From: Massilia sp.
GTDB taxonomy: Bacteria; Pseudomonadota; Gammaproteobacteria; Burkholderiales; Burkholderiaceae_D
Assembly (NCBI GenBank): GCA_028291845.1
Contig: JAQGNM010000128.1
Location: 1-37,019 of the forward strand
Direction of reading: 5' to 3'
Length of the DNA stretch: 37,019 bases
The notes below the pieces were generated by a model. The model was not told the DNA's origin. It saw only the letters and a program-made list of their open reading frames with translations, and did no database searches. Shown here piece by piece: positions 1-10,392 of this stretch (the stretch's first letter is position 1; each line of letters starts with the position of its first letter). The position numbers and the translations under genes were made by a program.

Positions 1-666
1 GCGATCAATGCGGAATTCGAGCAGCGGTTTGGGGTGTTGCTGCTCGACGGCTACGGTATTACCGAAACCTCGACCATGGTGACGCTGAACTGGATGACCG
101 GTACGCGTGTGATGGGCTCATGCGGGCTGCCGCTGCCTGGACTGTCGACCCGCATCATCGATCCGGTTACCGGCGATGACGTTGCGCCGGGAGCGGAAGG
201 GGAGTTGATCGTGCGTGGACCGAACGTGATGGCGGGCTACCACCGCAAGCCCGCGGAAACCGCAAGCGCTCTGCGCAACAGTTGGTACTACACCGGCGAC
301 CTGGCGCGCGCCGACAAGCACGGCTTCCTGACAATTACCGGGCGTCTGAAGGAAGTCATCATCCGCGGCGGGCAGAATATCGCTCCTTCGGAGGTGGAGG
401 AGGCCGTCAGTTCGTTTGCCAGTGTGCTCGATTGCGCGGTCGTGGGAGCGCCCCACTCACACCTCGGCGAAGTGCCCGTCGTATTCGTGACGACCCGTTC
501 CGGCATGCAGATGGTGGAGGGCGACCTGATCGAACATTGCCGCGCAAAGATCTCGGCTTACAAGCTGCCGGCAGCCGTGTACGTCGTGCCTGAAATTCCG
601 CGTACCGGCTCGGGCAAGGTAATGCGCTACCGCCTGAGAGAAACGCTTGAAACCACCAAGGACTAA
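1..666 (+). CDS. AMP-dependent acyl-CoA ligase/synthetase, C-terminal part (5' end outside window)
   Basis: Frame open from base 1; adenylation-domain motifs GYGITETS, GELIVRGPNVMAGY, YYTGDL, GRLKEVIIRGGQNI, PRTGSGK. Confidence 0.92.
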   Translation, partial: AINAEFEQRFGVLLLDGYGITETSTMVTLNWMTGTRVMGSCGLPLPGLSTRIIDPVTGDDVAPGAEGELIVRGPNVMAGYHRKPAETASALRNSWYYTGDLARADKHGFLTITGRLKEVIIRGGQNIAPSEVEEAVSSFASVLDCAVVGAPHSHLGEVPVVFVTTRSGMQMVEGDLIEHCRAKISAYKLPAAVYVVPEIPRTGSGKVMRYRLRETLETTKD

Positions 667-2144
667 TGATGAGTGATATGAATCAAGTCGCCAGCCTGCT
701 GCGCGATCCCGGCCTGTTACGCGACCAATGCTTCGTCAACGGCGAGTGGCTCGGCGCCGACGGCGGCAAGACCATCGACGTGACCAATCCCGCGACCGGC
801 AAGATCGTCGGCCGGGTACCGAAGATGGGGCAGGCCGAAACGCGCCGCGCCATCGATGCCGCCGCCGTGGCACAGGTCGCATGGCGCGCGACCACCGCCA
901 AGGAACGCGCAGCCGTTCTGCGCAAATGGTTTGAGCTGCTGCTCGAAAACCAGGAGGACCTTGCCGTCCTCATGACGGTCGAACAAGGGAAACCACTGAC
1001 CGAAAGCCGCGGCGAGATTGCGTACGCCGCGTCCTACATCGAGTGGTTCGCCGAGGAAGCAAAGCGCGTGTACGGCGACACCATCCCGGCGCCGACGCCA
1101 GGAAAGCGGCTGGTGGTCATCAAGCAGCCGGTTGGCGTGTGTGCGGCGATCACCCCATGGAATTTCCCTGCCGCGATGATCACCCGAAAGGCCGCGCCGG
1201 CACTCGCTGCCGGTTGTACCATGGTGATCAAGCCGGCCAGCCAGACGCCATTGTCGGCACTGGCTCTGTGCGTGTTGGCTGAACGGGCCGGCGTCCCGCC
1301 AGGCGTGCTGTCCTGCGTCACCGGATCGGCCGCCGAGATCGGCGCCGAACTGACCTCCAATCCAGTGGTACGCAAGCTGACGTTTACCGGCTCTACCGAA
1401 ATCGGCAAGGTGCTGATGGCGCAATGCGCTGGCACGGTCAAGAAAACCTCGATGGAGCTGGGCGGCAATGCGCCGTTCATCGTGTTCGATGACGCCGACA
1501 TCGATGCGGCAGTCCAGGGCGCGATGGTGGCAAAGTACCGCAACGCTGGCCAGACTTGTGTGTGCGCGAACCGGATCCTGGTACAGGACGGCGTGTACGA
1601 CCTGTTCGTCGAACGCTTTGCAGCAGCAGTGCGTAAATTGAAGGTCGGCGACGGACTCGAGTCGGGAACCTCGATCGGCCCGCTGATCGATGCAAACGCG
1701 GTACGCAAGGCTGAAGAACACGTCGCCGACGCCGTCTCGAAAGGCGCATCCATCGTGACCGGAGGCGAGCGCGGTTCTGCCGGCGAAAACTACTTTACGC
1801 CAACCATCCTGGCCGGCGCTACGCGGGACATGAACATCTTCCGCGAAGAGACCTTCAGTCCCGTCGCGCCAGTGTTCCGGTTCAGTACAGAACAGGAAGC
1901 GATCGAGATGGCCAATGACACCGAATTCGGCCTCGCCGCGTACTTCTACGGACGCGACATCGGACGGGTCTGGCGCGTTGCCGAAGCGTTGGAATATGGC
2001 ATGGTCGGCATCAACGAAGGGTTGATCTCGACTGAAGTGGCGCCGTTCGGCGGGATCAAGGAAAGCGGCAATGGGCGCGAGGGCTCGCACTACGGCATCG
2101 ACGACTATCTCGAGATCAAGTACCTCTGCATGGGCGGAATTTAA
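666..2144 (+). CDS. gabD: NAD(P)-dependent succinate-semialdehyde dehydrogenase family aldehyde dehydrogenase
   Basis: ITPWNFP, FTGSTEIG, MELGGNAP, catalytic Cys in GQTCVCAN, PFGGIKESG; TAATG overlap with ligase stop. Confidence 0.9.
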   Translation: MMSDMNQVASLLRDPGLLRDQCFVNGEWLGADGGKTIDVTNPATGKIVGRVPKMGQAETRRAIDAAAVAQVAWRATTAKERAAVLRKWFELLLENQEDLAVLMTVEQGKPLTESRGEIAYAASYIEWFAEEAKRVYGDTIPAPTPGKRLVVIKQPVGVCAAITPWNFPAAMITRKAAPALAAGCTMVIKPASQTPLSALALCVLAERAGVPPGVLSCVTGSAAEIGAELTSNPVVRKLTFTGSTEIGKVLMAQCAGTVKKTSMELGGNAPFIVFDDADIDAAVQGAMVAKYRNAGQTCVCANRILVQDGVYDLFVERFAAAVRKLKVGDGLESGTSIGPLIDANAVRKAEEHVADAVSKGASIVTGGERGSAGENYFTPTILAGATRDMNIFREETFSPVAPVFRFSTEQEAIEMANDTEFGLAAYFYGRDIGRVWRVAEALEYGMVGINEGLISTEVAPFGGIKESGNGREGSHYGIDDYLEIKYLCMGGI

Positions 2145-2291
2145 TAGCGCCAGGAGCGTGGCAGCACCTCCCTCGGGCTGGCGGGTCCGTCGTTCCAGAC
2201 GACGGACCCGTTGCGGCGATTTATGCTATTCTGCCGGTCTTCCATTGCGCTTTCGACTGCGTTTGCCAGCATTGTCGGAAGGCGAAAACCT

Positions 2292-3290
2292 ATGTCCACC
2301 CAGTTAAAAACCATCGAACCGCTTCCGGTGACGTCCGTAGCAAGCGCGCCGGCGCTAGACCGTTTTTGTTCAGTCGCACGCACGGTCGAAATCTTGTCCG
2401 ACGCATGGAGTTTCCTCGTACTACGTGAAGCTTTTTTCCGCACCCGTCGTTTCGAGGGCTTCCAGAGTGTGCTGCGCCTGCCTCGCAATACGCTGGTGCA
2501 GCGCCTGAACCGCCTGACCGAACTCGGGCTTCTGCAAAAATCGAGCTATTCGGCCGGCTCCACGCGCTTCGAATACCGCTTTACAAGCAAGGGCCTCGAC
2601 CTTTTTCCGGTCATGTTGGCGATGCTCACGTTCGGCGACACCTGGCTGCGCGGGGACAAGGAGCCACCGCTGCAACTGGTGCATACCGCCTGTGGCAAAC
2701 CGTTTTCGCCGGTCGTCACCTGCTCCGCATGCGGCGAGCCGATCGATGCCCACGACGTGCAGTACCGCAACGGACCGGGGGCCGGCTCCTGTCCCCGTCC
2801 AACCGACCGCAAGCGCTCGCGCCGCCCGTCCGATGCGCAAGTACTGGAACGCGTGCGTCCGTGTTCGGTTGCGCGTACCTTGCAGATCATCGGCGACCGC
2901 TGGACCTTCCTGGTGGTCAGAGAAATGTTTTTTGGCGTAAGACGGTTCGACGAATTCCAGGCCAATCTTGGTATCGCCAGCAACATCCTGACCGATCGCC
3001 TGCAGCGGCTGACCGATCACGGCATCGTTGCCAAACGCGCCTATCAACTCCGTCCGGAGCGGTTCGAATACCGCTTCACGGACAAGGGGCGCGACTTGTA
3101 CGGTTCAATGCTGGTGATGATGCACTGGGGAGATCGCTGGCTGGCGGACGGCCGTCCGCCGCTGCTGATGCGGCATCGCAAATGCCAGCATGACTTCCAT
3201 GCCCAGATTGCGTGCAGCGAATGCCATGAGCCGATCCAGGCCCGGCAGGTGGACTACCAGATGCGTTACGTGCTCGAGCCGGACGCCTGA
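2292..3290 (+). CDS. Winged-helix regulator with two tandem HxlR-type domains, each followed by a His/Cys putative metal site
   Basis: Internal repeat CSVARTVEILSDAWSFLVLRE / CSVARTLQIIGDRWTFLVVRE, RFEYRFTxKGxDL in both halves, HxxC...CxxC tails; ATG 2292 chosen over ORF start 2211. Confidence 0.85.
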   Translation: MSTQLKTIEPLPVTSVASAPALDRFCSVARTVEILSDAWSFLVLREAFFRTRRFEGFQSVLRLPRNTLVQRLNRLTELGLLQKSSYSAGSTRFEYRFTSKGLDLFPVMLAMLTFGDTWLRGDKEPPLQLVHTACGKPFSPVVTCSACGEPIDAHDVQYRNGPGAGSCPRPTDRKRSRRPSDAQVLERVRPCSVARTLQIIGDRWTFLVVREMFFGVRRFDEFQANLGIASNILTDRLQRLTDHGIVAKRAYQLRPERFEYRFTDKGRDLYGSMLVMMHWGDRWLADGRPPLLMRHRKCQHDFHAQIACSECHEPIQARQVDYQMRYVLEPDA

Positions 3291-3325
3291 TATCGCCGGA
3301 TGGCGATGGCGTAAGCCAGGTCCCG

Positions 3326-3351
3326 AAAAAAGCGGACCTTGCGGTCCGCTT
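3326..3351 (-). terminator. Intrinsic terminator of adk/liv transcript
   Basis: Stem GCGGACC-N4-GGTCCGC next to A6 at 3326-3331 (U-tract on minus strand), just past the adk stop. Confidence 0.75.
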
Positions 3352-3357
3352 CGGGTC

Positions 3358-4086
<729 letters not shown>

Positions 4087-5127
4087 CTACACGCTCGGCT
4101 GGGAAGCCCGGGCGGTGCCTGCGGCCGGGGCGGGCCGATGTCCAGCGTTGGCGGCCTTGCGGCCTCGCCACGACGCAATCAGCGCGTTCGCTTCACCGAC
4201 TACCCCACGGCGGAAGCTCATCACGCACAAGATGAAGATGAATCCGATGACAGTCGTCACCGATTCACCGAGCGCGTTGAACCATTCCCAGCCAGTCAGC
4301 GATGCCAGTGCGCTGCCGATGTCACCGAGCTTGTTTTCAAGCGTGATGATCAGGACGGCGCCGACCACTGGTCCAATCAGGGTCCCGAGGCCTCCCACCA
4401 GCGTCATCAATACCACCAGCCCCGACATCGACCAGTGCACATCGGTCAGTGTGGCAAAGCCGAGCATGCTCGTTTTCACCGAACCGGCCAGCCCGGCCAG
4501 TGCCGCCGACAACACGAATGCCAGCAGCTTGTAGCGATTCACGTCGTAACCCAGCGAAATCGCGCGCGCCTCGTTTTCCTTGATCGCCTTGAGCACCGTA
4601 CCGAAGGGCGAGTGAACGATTCGCAGGATGAATGCGAACGCGGCGACGCAAATGGCCAATACAACGTAGTACATGACCTTGTCGTCGCTGAGGTCAATCA
4701 CGCCCAGCAGTTTTCCGCGCGGGATTCCCTGCAGTCCATCCTCGCCGCGGGTAAACGGCGCCTGCAGGAAAACGAAGTACAGCATTTGCGCCAGCGCCAG
4801 GGTGATCATGGTGAAGTAGATGCCCTGACGCCGGATCGCCAGCGCCCCCATCAGGAGGCCGCAGACGGCCGCGGCCGCAACGCCGGCCAGGATTCCCAAT
4901 TCGAACGACAAGCCCCATGACTTGAGCGCGTGTCCGGTGATATAGGCAGCGCCGCCGAAGAATGCGGCGTGGCCGAAGGAGAGCAGGCCGGTAAACCCGA
5001 TGAGCAGGTTGAACGCGCATGCGAACAGCGCGAAACACATCAGCTTCATCAGGAAAACGGTGTAAAAGAACTGCGGCAGTGCCAATGCCGCGGCGAGTGC
5101 GATTGCGTAGCCGACCTTCTTGTTCAT
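4087..5127 (-). CDS. Liv-type ABC transporter permease (LivM-like)
   Basis: GLLSFGHAAFFG, GIYFTMITLALAQ, SPFG..LKAIKENE; ATG 5127 (MNKKVGY). Confidence 0.9.
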   Translation of the reverse strand: MNKKVGYAIALAAALALPQFFYTVFLMKLMCFALFACAFNLLIGFTGLLSFGHAAFFGGAAYITGHALKSWGLSFELGILAGVAAAAVCGLLMGALAIRRQGIYFTMITLALAQMLYFVFLQAPFTRGEDGLQGIPRGKLLGVIDLSDDKVMYYVVLAICVAAFAFILRIVHSPFGTVLKAIKENEARAISLGYDVNRYKLLAFVLSAALAGLAGSVKTSMLGFATLTDVHWSMSGLVVLMTLVGGLGTLIGPVVGAVLIITLENKLGDIGSALASLTGWEWFNALGESVTTVIGFIFILCVMSFRRGVVGEANALIASWRGRKAANAGHRPAPAAGTARASQPSV

Positions 5128-5138
5128 GATTGTTTCCT

Positions 5139-6026
5139 TTATTTCTCTTTGCCGAACAGGCCGGCAGGGCGCACCAGCAACACAATGACCATGACGATGA
5201 ACACCACGGTAGCCGATAGTTCTGGATACACCACCCGGGTAAAACCTTCGACCACACCGAGGCCGAGGCCGGTAATGATCGAACCCAGGATCGAGCCCAT
5301 GCCACCGATGACGACAACCGCAAACACCACGATGATCAGGTTCGATCCCATCAGCGGAGAGACCTGGATCACGGGCGCCGCAAGCACGCCCGCCAGCGCC
5401 GCGAGCGCGACACCGAAGCCGTAGGTCAGGGTCACCATCACCGGGACATTGACGCCAAAGGCTTCGACGAGTTTGGGATTTTCGGTGCCGGCCCGCAGGT
5501 AAGCGCCGAGTTTGGTTTTCTCGATCGTGTACCAGGTCGCCAGACACACAGCGAGCGAGGCGAACACGACCCATGCACGGTAGCGGGGCAACATCATGAA
5601 CCCGAGGTCGAACACACCGGTCAAGGATTCGGGTACATCGAATGGTTGTCCCGACACGCCGTAAATGGAGCGCAGCAGCCCTTCGGCGACCAGTGTGATG
5701 CCGAATGTGAGCAGCAAGCCGTACAGGTGGTCGAGTTTGTATAGGTGACGCAGCAGGAGGCGCTCGATCACGATGCCGAGTACGCCGACCGCGATTGGAG
5801 CGAGCACGAGCGCCGCCCAGTAATTCAGGCCGAGCTGGTTGAGCCCGATCCAGGCGAGGAAAGCGCCCAGCATGTAGAGGGCGCCGTGCGAAAAGTTGAT
5901 CACGTTGAGCAGGCCGAAGATGACGGCAAGACCGAGCGAGAGCATGGCGTAGAAGGCGCCATTGACCAGGCCGAGCGAAAGCTGGCTGAGGATGACGGGC
6001 AGCGGAATACTAAACAGTTCAGTCAT
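5139..6026 (-). CDS. Liv-type ABC transporter permease (LivH-like)
   Basis: GLAVIFGLLNVINFSHG, VVVIGGMGS, LLVRPAGLFG. Confidence 0.92.
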   Translation of the reverse strand: MTELFSIPLPVILSQLSLGLVNGAFYAMLSLGLAVIFGLLNVINFSHGALYMLGAFLAWIGLNQLGLNYWAALVLAPIAVGVLGIVIERLLLRHLYKLDHLYGLLLTFGITLVAEGLLRSIYGVSGQPFDVPESLTGVFDLGFMMLPRYRAWVVFASLAVCLATWYTIEKTKLGAYLRAGTENPKLVEAFGVNVPVMVTLTYGFGVALAALAGVLAAPVIQVSPLMGSNLIIVVFAVVVIGGMGSILGSIITGLGLGVVEGFTRVVYPELSATVVFIVMVIVLLVRPAGLFGKEK

Positions 6027-6035
6027 CTCTATGTC

Positions 6036-6743
6036 CTATACGCCAAGCAGTTCGTGCAGCAGGGGCAGTTTCTCCTGCAACTGTTGTGATTCGAAGTGTT
6101 CCACGATCTTTCCATGCTCCATCACGTAGAAGCGATCGGCCAGAGGTGCGGCAAAACGGAAGTTCTGTTCGACCATAACGATGGTGTAGCCCTTCGCCTT
6201 GAGCGCGATAATCATCCGCGCCAATGCTTGTACGATCACCGGCGCCAGGCCTTCCGATATTTCATCAAGCAACAGCAAGCGTGCCCCGGTCCGCAGGATG
6301 CGGCCGATGGCGAGCATTTGTTGCTCGCCGCCGGACAGGCGGGTGCCCTGACTGGCGCGGCGCTCAGCCAGGTTGGGGAACATCTCATAAATTTCCTTGA
6401 CCGGCATGCCGGGCTGACCGGTCCTCAGCATCGGCGGCAGCATCAGGTTTTCCTCCGTCGACAGGGACGAAAAGATGCCTCGTTCCTCGGGGCAGTAGCC
6501 GATGCCCAGGTGCGCTACCTTGTGAGTCGGAACGTTGATGGCGTCCACACCGTTGATCTTGATCGAACCGGTACGTTTGCCGGTCAGGCCCATGATCGCG
6601 CGCAGCGTGGTGCTGCGGCCCGACCCGTTGCGTCCCAGCAGCGTCACCACTTCGCCGTGTGCAACCGAGAGGTTGACGTCGTGCAGTACGTGTGATTCTC
6701 CATACCAGGCCTGCAGGCCGCTGATGTCGAGTGCCGCATTCAT
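6036..6743 (-). CDS. Liv-type ABC ATP-binding protein (LivF-like)
   Basis: Walker A GRNGSGRST, LSGGEQQML, LLLLDEISEGLAP. Confidence 0.92.
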   Translation of the reverse strand: MNAALDISGLQAWYGESHVLHDVNLSVAHGEVVTLLGRNGSGRSTTLRAIMGLTGKRTGSIKINGVDAINVPTHKVAHLGIGYCPEERGIFSSLSTEENLMLPPMLRTGQPGMPVKEIYEMFPNLAERRASQGTRLSGGEQQMLAIGRILRTGARLLLLDEISEGLAPVIVQALARMIIALKAKGYTIVMVEQNFRFAAPLADRFYVMEHGKIVEHFESQQLQEKLPLLHELLGV

Positions 6744-7522
6744 TGAACTGCTCCCTCGAGAGGCGCCGTGGACCCCATGTAAGCTTCCATCACTTGTGGA
6801 TTGCGGGAAATCTCGTCGTAGCTGCCTTCAGCGAGCAGGGCCCCGCGCTGAAGGACCGAGATCTTGTCGCAGATTCCCGATACCACGCTCATGTTGTGTT
6901 CGACCATCAATACCGTGCGGCCGGCTGCGACCTTCTTGATCAGCGCCGTCACGCGGTGTACGTCCTCATGGCCCATCCCCTGGGTCGGCTCGTCGAGCAG
7001 CATCAGCTCCGGCTCCATCGCCAGCGTCGTTGCGATCTCCAGCGCGCGCTTGCGACCGTAAGGAAGGTCCACGGTCCGCGACTCGGAGAACGACTCCAGA
7101 TCCACCTCGGCCAGCAACTGCATCGCCCGCTCATCGAGCTTGCCAAGGCTGGCTTCACTGCGCCAGAAATGGTAGGACGTGCCCAAGTTGCGCTGCAGCG
7201 CGATGCGGACGTTTTCGAGGACCGACATTTGCGGGAACACCGCCGAAATCTGGAACGAGCGGATCACGCCCTGCCGGGCGATCTGCGCGGGCTTGTGGAA
7301 AGTAATGTGCTTGCCGTTGAACAGAATGTCCCCTGAGCTGGGGACGAGGAATTTGGTAAGCAGGTTGAAGCAGGTGGTCTTGCCGGCGCCGTTTGGCCCG
7401 ATCAAGGCGTGGATGTGCCCACGCTGCACCTTCAGGTTCACGGCGTCGACGGCGGTGAATCCTTTGAACTGCTTGCTGAGGTTGTGTGTTTCGAGGATGT
7501 GGTCTGCCATCGTTGTCTCCAT
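6740..7522 (-). CDS. Liv-type ABC ATP-binding protein (LivG-like)
   Basis: GPNGAGKTT, LPYGRKR, LLDEPTQG, VEHNM, V.EAYMG. Confidence 0.92.
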   Translation of the reverse strand: METTMADHILETHNLSKQFKGFTAVDAVNLKVQRGHIHALIGPNGAGKTTCFNLLTKFLVPSSGDILFNGKHITFHKPAQIARQGVIRSFQISAVFPQMSVLENVRIALQRNLGTSYHFWRSEASLGKLDERAMQLLAEVDLESFSESRTVDLPYGRKRALEIATTLAMEPELMLLDEPTQGMGHEDVHRVTALIKKVAAGRTVLMVEHNMSVVSGICDKISVLQRGALLAEGSYDEISRNPQVMEAYMGSTAPLEGAVQ

Positions 7523-7535
7523 AATTCTTTTTTTG

Positions 7536-7682
7536 TGACTTGCATAAAGAGATTATCAGTGAGGTATTGGCATGTCAATCAATCTCTGGATATCGGGCGA
7601 TTGCATAGGACGCACCATAATTTCTTTGACATTGTCCAACTTTCAAACTACTCTTTTTAGGCAAGCGGATGACTTGCATAAA
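7536..7682. promoter_or_regulatory. Two copies of the 13-bp direct repeat TGACTTGCATAAA in a divergent promoter region (candidate operator)
   Basis: Exact copies at 7536-7548 and 7670-7682, one close to each divergent start codon. Confidence 0.45.
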
Positions 7683-7719
7683 AAAACTTGCTGGATTTTT
7701 CAAAAAACTTGGAGGAACT

Positions 7720-8931
7720 ATGGAATGGTTCGTTAAGGTAGTGCCGCTGAGCCTGGCGCTGATGTTCGCCGCAGGCGCCGCCGACGCACAAAACAAGCAA
7801 CCGCTGCGAATCGGCGTGATGACGGACTTGTCCGGTCAGTTCTCGCACGAGGCAGGGCAGGGCGCGGTCAACGCGACCAAGATGGCGGTGCAGGATTTCG
7901 GCGGCAGCGTTCTTGGGCGTCCGATCGAGATCCTGGTGAACGATCACCTGAACAAGGCTGATGTCGCGGCAAGCAAGGCGCGTGAGTGGTTCGACACCAG
8001 GGACGTGCGCATGGTCACCAACCTGATCAATTCGGGCGTCGCGCTCTCGGTCATCGGCGTTGCCAAGGAAAAGAACCGCATCGCCATCGTCAACGGCTCG
8101 GGTTCGTCGCGCATTACTGGCGACGCGTGCACCGCCAACAGCATCCACTATGCTTACGATACCTATGCGCTTGCCAACGGTACGGGCAAGGCGATGATCA
8201 AGCAGGGTCTCGACAGCTGGTACTTCCTGACCGCGGATTATGCATTCGGTCATTCGCTCGAAGCCGACACCACGGAAGCGGTGAAGGCAGCTGGCGGCAA
8301 GGTGCTGGGCGGCGTGCGCTACCCGATCAATACCTCGGACCATTCATCGTTCATGCTGCAGGCGCAAGCGTCGAAAGCCAAGGTCATCGCCTTGGCAGGA
8401 TCCGGCACCGGCTTTATCAACGCGGTCAAATCTGCTTCGGAATTCGGCGTGACCAGATCGGGCAATCAGACGCTCGCCGGCTTGCTGGTCTGGATCACCG
8501 ACGTTGACGCGATGGGACTACAAGTGGCGCAGGGCTTGACACTGACAACCGCGTTCTACTGGGACCGGGACGACGCATCGCGGGCGTGGTCGAAGCGTTT
8601 CTTCGCGCTGACCAAGCGCATGCCGACCATGGGTGACGCGGGCGACTATTCGTCGACGCTGCACTACCTGAACGCAGTGAAGGCGGCGGGCACCGACGAT
8701 ACAGCGGCAGTCATGGCAAAGATGAAGTCCATGCCGATCAACGATATGTTCGCCAAAAACGGCAAGATTCGCGCCGACGGGCGCATGGTTCATGACATGT
8801 ATGTGTACCAGGTCAAGAAGCCGTCCGAGTCGAAGTACCCTTGGGACTATTACAAGTTCCAGTCCGTGGTTCCAGCAGAACAGGCTTTCCGCCCTATCAA
8901 TCAAGGAGGCTGCTCCCTGACCAAGGGCTGA
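7720..8931 (+). CDS. Liv-family periplasmic substrate-binding protein
   Basis: GGAGG RBS before ATG 7720, signal peptide ending ADA, IGVMTDLSG, DHLNKAD, TADYAFG, GKIRADGRMVHDMY. Confidence 0.9.
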   Translation: MEWFVKVVPLSLALMFAAGAADAQNKQPLRIGVMTDLSGQFSHEAGQGAVNATKMAVQDFGGSVLGRPIEILVNDHLNKADVAASKAREWFDTRDVRMVTNLINSGVALSVIGVAKEKNRIAIVNGSGSSRITGDACTANSIHYAYDTYALANGTGKAMIKQGLDSWYFLTADYAFGHSLEADTTEAVKAAGGKVLGGVRYPINTSDHSSFMLQAQASKAKVIALAGSGTGFINAVKSASEFGVTRSGNQTLAGLLVWITDVDAMGLQVAQGLTLTTAFYWDRDDASRAWSKRFFALTKRMPTMGDAGDYSSTLHYLNAVKAAGTDDTAAVMAKMKSMPINDMFAKNGKIRADGRMVHDMYVYQVKKPSESKYPWDYYKFQSVVPAEQAFRPINQGGCSLTKG

Positions 8932-9323
8932 TTGTCATCTGCCACATGATCTCCTCCATCGGCGGGGATGCCCTTACCGACGGCTGGGATCGTCCTTTCA
9001 AGCTTCGCAGGGGACGCCGGTGGCGACCGATCGGGCGCCGCAGCGCCGGCGTGCCGATCGCCACGAGGCGCGGCGGCATGGCCACGCACGAGGCAGCCCG
9101 CGCTCGGCGAGGCTGCCTTGGCCGAATCGACGCAGGACGCGGCTCCGATCCAGGGCGCTTCGATAAGCTAGCAATGGGAATGACCGTCAGGGGCCCGGGC
9201 TAGTCGTCCAGTCGGCGCCTTTGCAGGTGTCGCAACGGCGACCGCTTCGGTACCGAAATGCATCGGCCCGAAGCATTCGCGCCGACTACCTCAAGTCGCC
9301 CGTTCGCAGTCGGCCCACACCTC

Positions 9324-9923
9324 TTAGTTGGGCGAGTATCCGAACGACTGTGCTTTCGAAATCGTGGTTGCTATCGGCAGGGCAATCTCAAAATTGAAAA
9401 AGTTAAGCAGCGGCTTGAACTTCATCGGCTCGCACGTTGCGCTGCTTTGTGGATTGCAAATTCTCACGCGGACGAACCTAATGCAATTCGGAGCGTATGC
9501 ATCGACGACGCAGTTGTGGCGGTTTTGCGCAAGATCTGACGGGATCAGGCCTCCGGGAACTTCCTGGGTCGAGTAGGCGCCACTGCTGTCACGGACCACG
9601 GCCAAGTAGTCAATTCGAACCGATTGGTCTGTCAGTTCGGGCATCAACATCAGTCCGCCCGGTGAGGTACGAAAGATCGCCTTGTTGCGGATATCGTTGT
9701 AGCCGCTCGCACTGCCTGGATTCGATACACTGGAAAAGCTGGCGGCGCGCCTGGTCGCCTCTTGCAGCGTATTAGTGACAAACATTAGTCGCGCCATGTC
9801 GATGACGAAGAAGAGAAACGCCAGAAAGATCAGTACGACGAATGCGAATTCGATTAGCACTGAACCTGCCTGTCGCCGGCAGCGGTTGCCGCGAAAAAGC
9901 GCGCAGGTCTTAGACGCCAACAT
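9324..9923 (-). CDS. TadE/TadF-like minor pilin (pseudopilin)
   Basis: QAG-SVLIEFA prepilin motif plus hydrophobic helix, then LQEATRRAA; start overlaps upstream gene end. Confidence 0.8.
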   Translation of the reverse strand: MLASKTCALFRGNRCRRQAGSVLIEFAFVVLIFLAFLFFVIDMARLMFVTNTLQEATRRAASFSSVSNPGSASGYNDIRNKAIFRTSPGGLMLMPELTDQSVRIDYLAVVRDSSGAYSTQEVPGGLIPSDLAQNRHNCVVDAYAPNCIRFVRVRICNPQSSATCEPMKFKPLLNFFNFEIALPIATTISKAQSFGYSPN

Positions 9924-10392
9924 ATCGTACCCTGACTTCAGCGCGTACCCAGATGCCGTCCATATCACCAAGCTCTAATAACATCGTCGGCAGAAACGGG
10001 TCATACATCCGCATGGATATCAACACGATAATTTGATCCGGTACTTGGGCGCCTCGGCAGATGCTGCCGTCGCAACTTATGTCCAAAATGGCGTGACCAC
10101 CGTTGCCGGGATTGAGCTCGGCCAGTTCAGTCGCCCCGATTGACCTGGCGAGTCCTACAATCGCAATCTCGCCCAGATCCGGTCGCGCTTCCAGCATTTC
10201 CTGGCTGCGTGCCTGCGCAATGAAGGTCGCGACATCGCCTGCAGTTTTCAAGGCAACCGTGTAGTGCATGAAAACGCGGCCAAAGAAGAGTATGAACGCC
10301 AGCAGAAGCCCGATTACCGGCAGTATCGCGGCGAACTCAACGGCTGCAATCCCGTGCTGACGATGTGATCGGGTAAATTTACGCTTGATCAT
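9910..10392 (-). CDS. TadE-like minor pilin
   Basis: QHG-IAAVEFA prepilin motif plus hydrophobic helix; ATGA overlap with the tadG-like stop. Confidence 0.8.
   Translation of the reverse strand: MIKRKFTRSHRQHGIAAVEFAAILPVIGLLLAFILFFGRVFMHYTVALKTAGDVATFIAQARSQEMLEARPDLGEIAIVGLARSIGATELAELNPGNGGHAILDISCDGSICRGAQVPDQIIVLISMRMYDPFLPTMLLELGDMDGIWVRAEVRVRYVGV

Noticed and set aside
1840-1870. GabD motif reads EETFSP instead of the usual EETFGP
   Set aside because: Single substitution with other catalytic motifs intact; not enough to call inactivation
8932-9323. GC-rich hairpins and short ORFs between the binding protein and tadE
   Set aside because: Stems are plausible by chance at this GC content; no U-tract, repeat partner or coding signal
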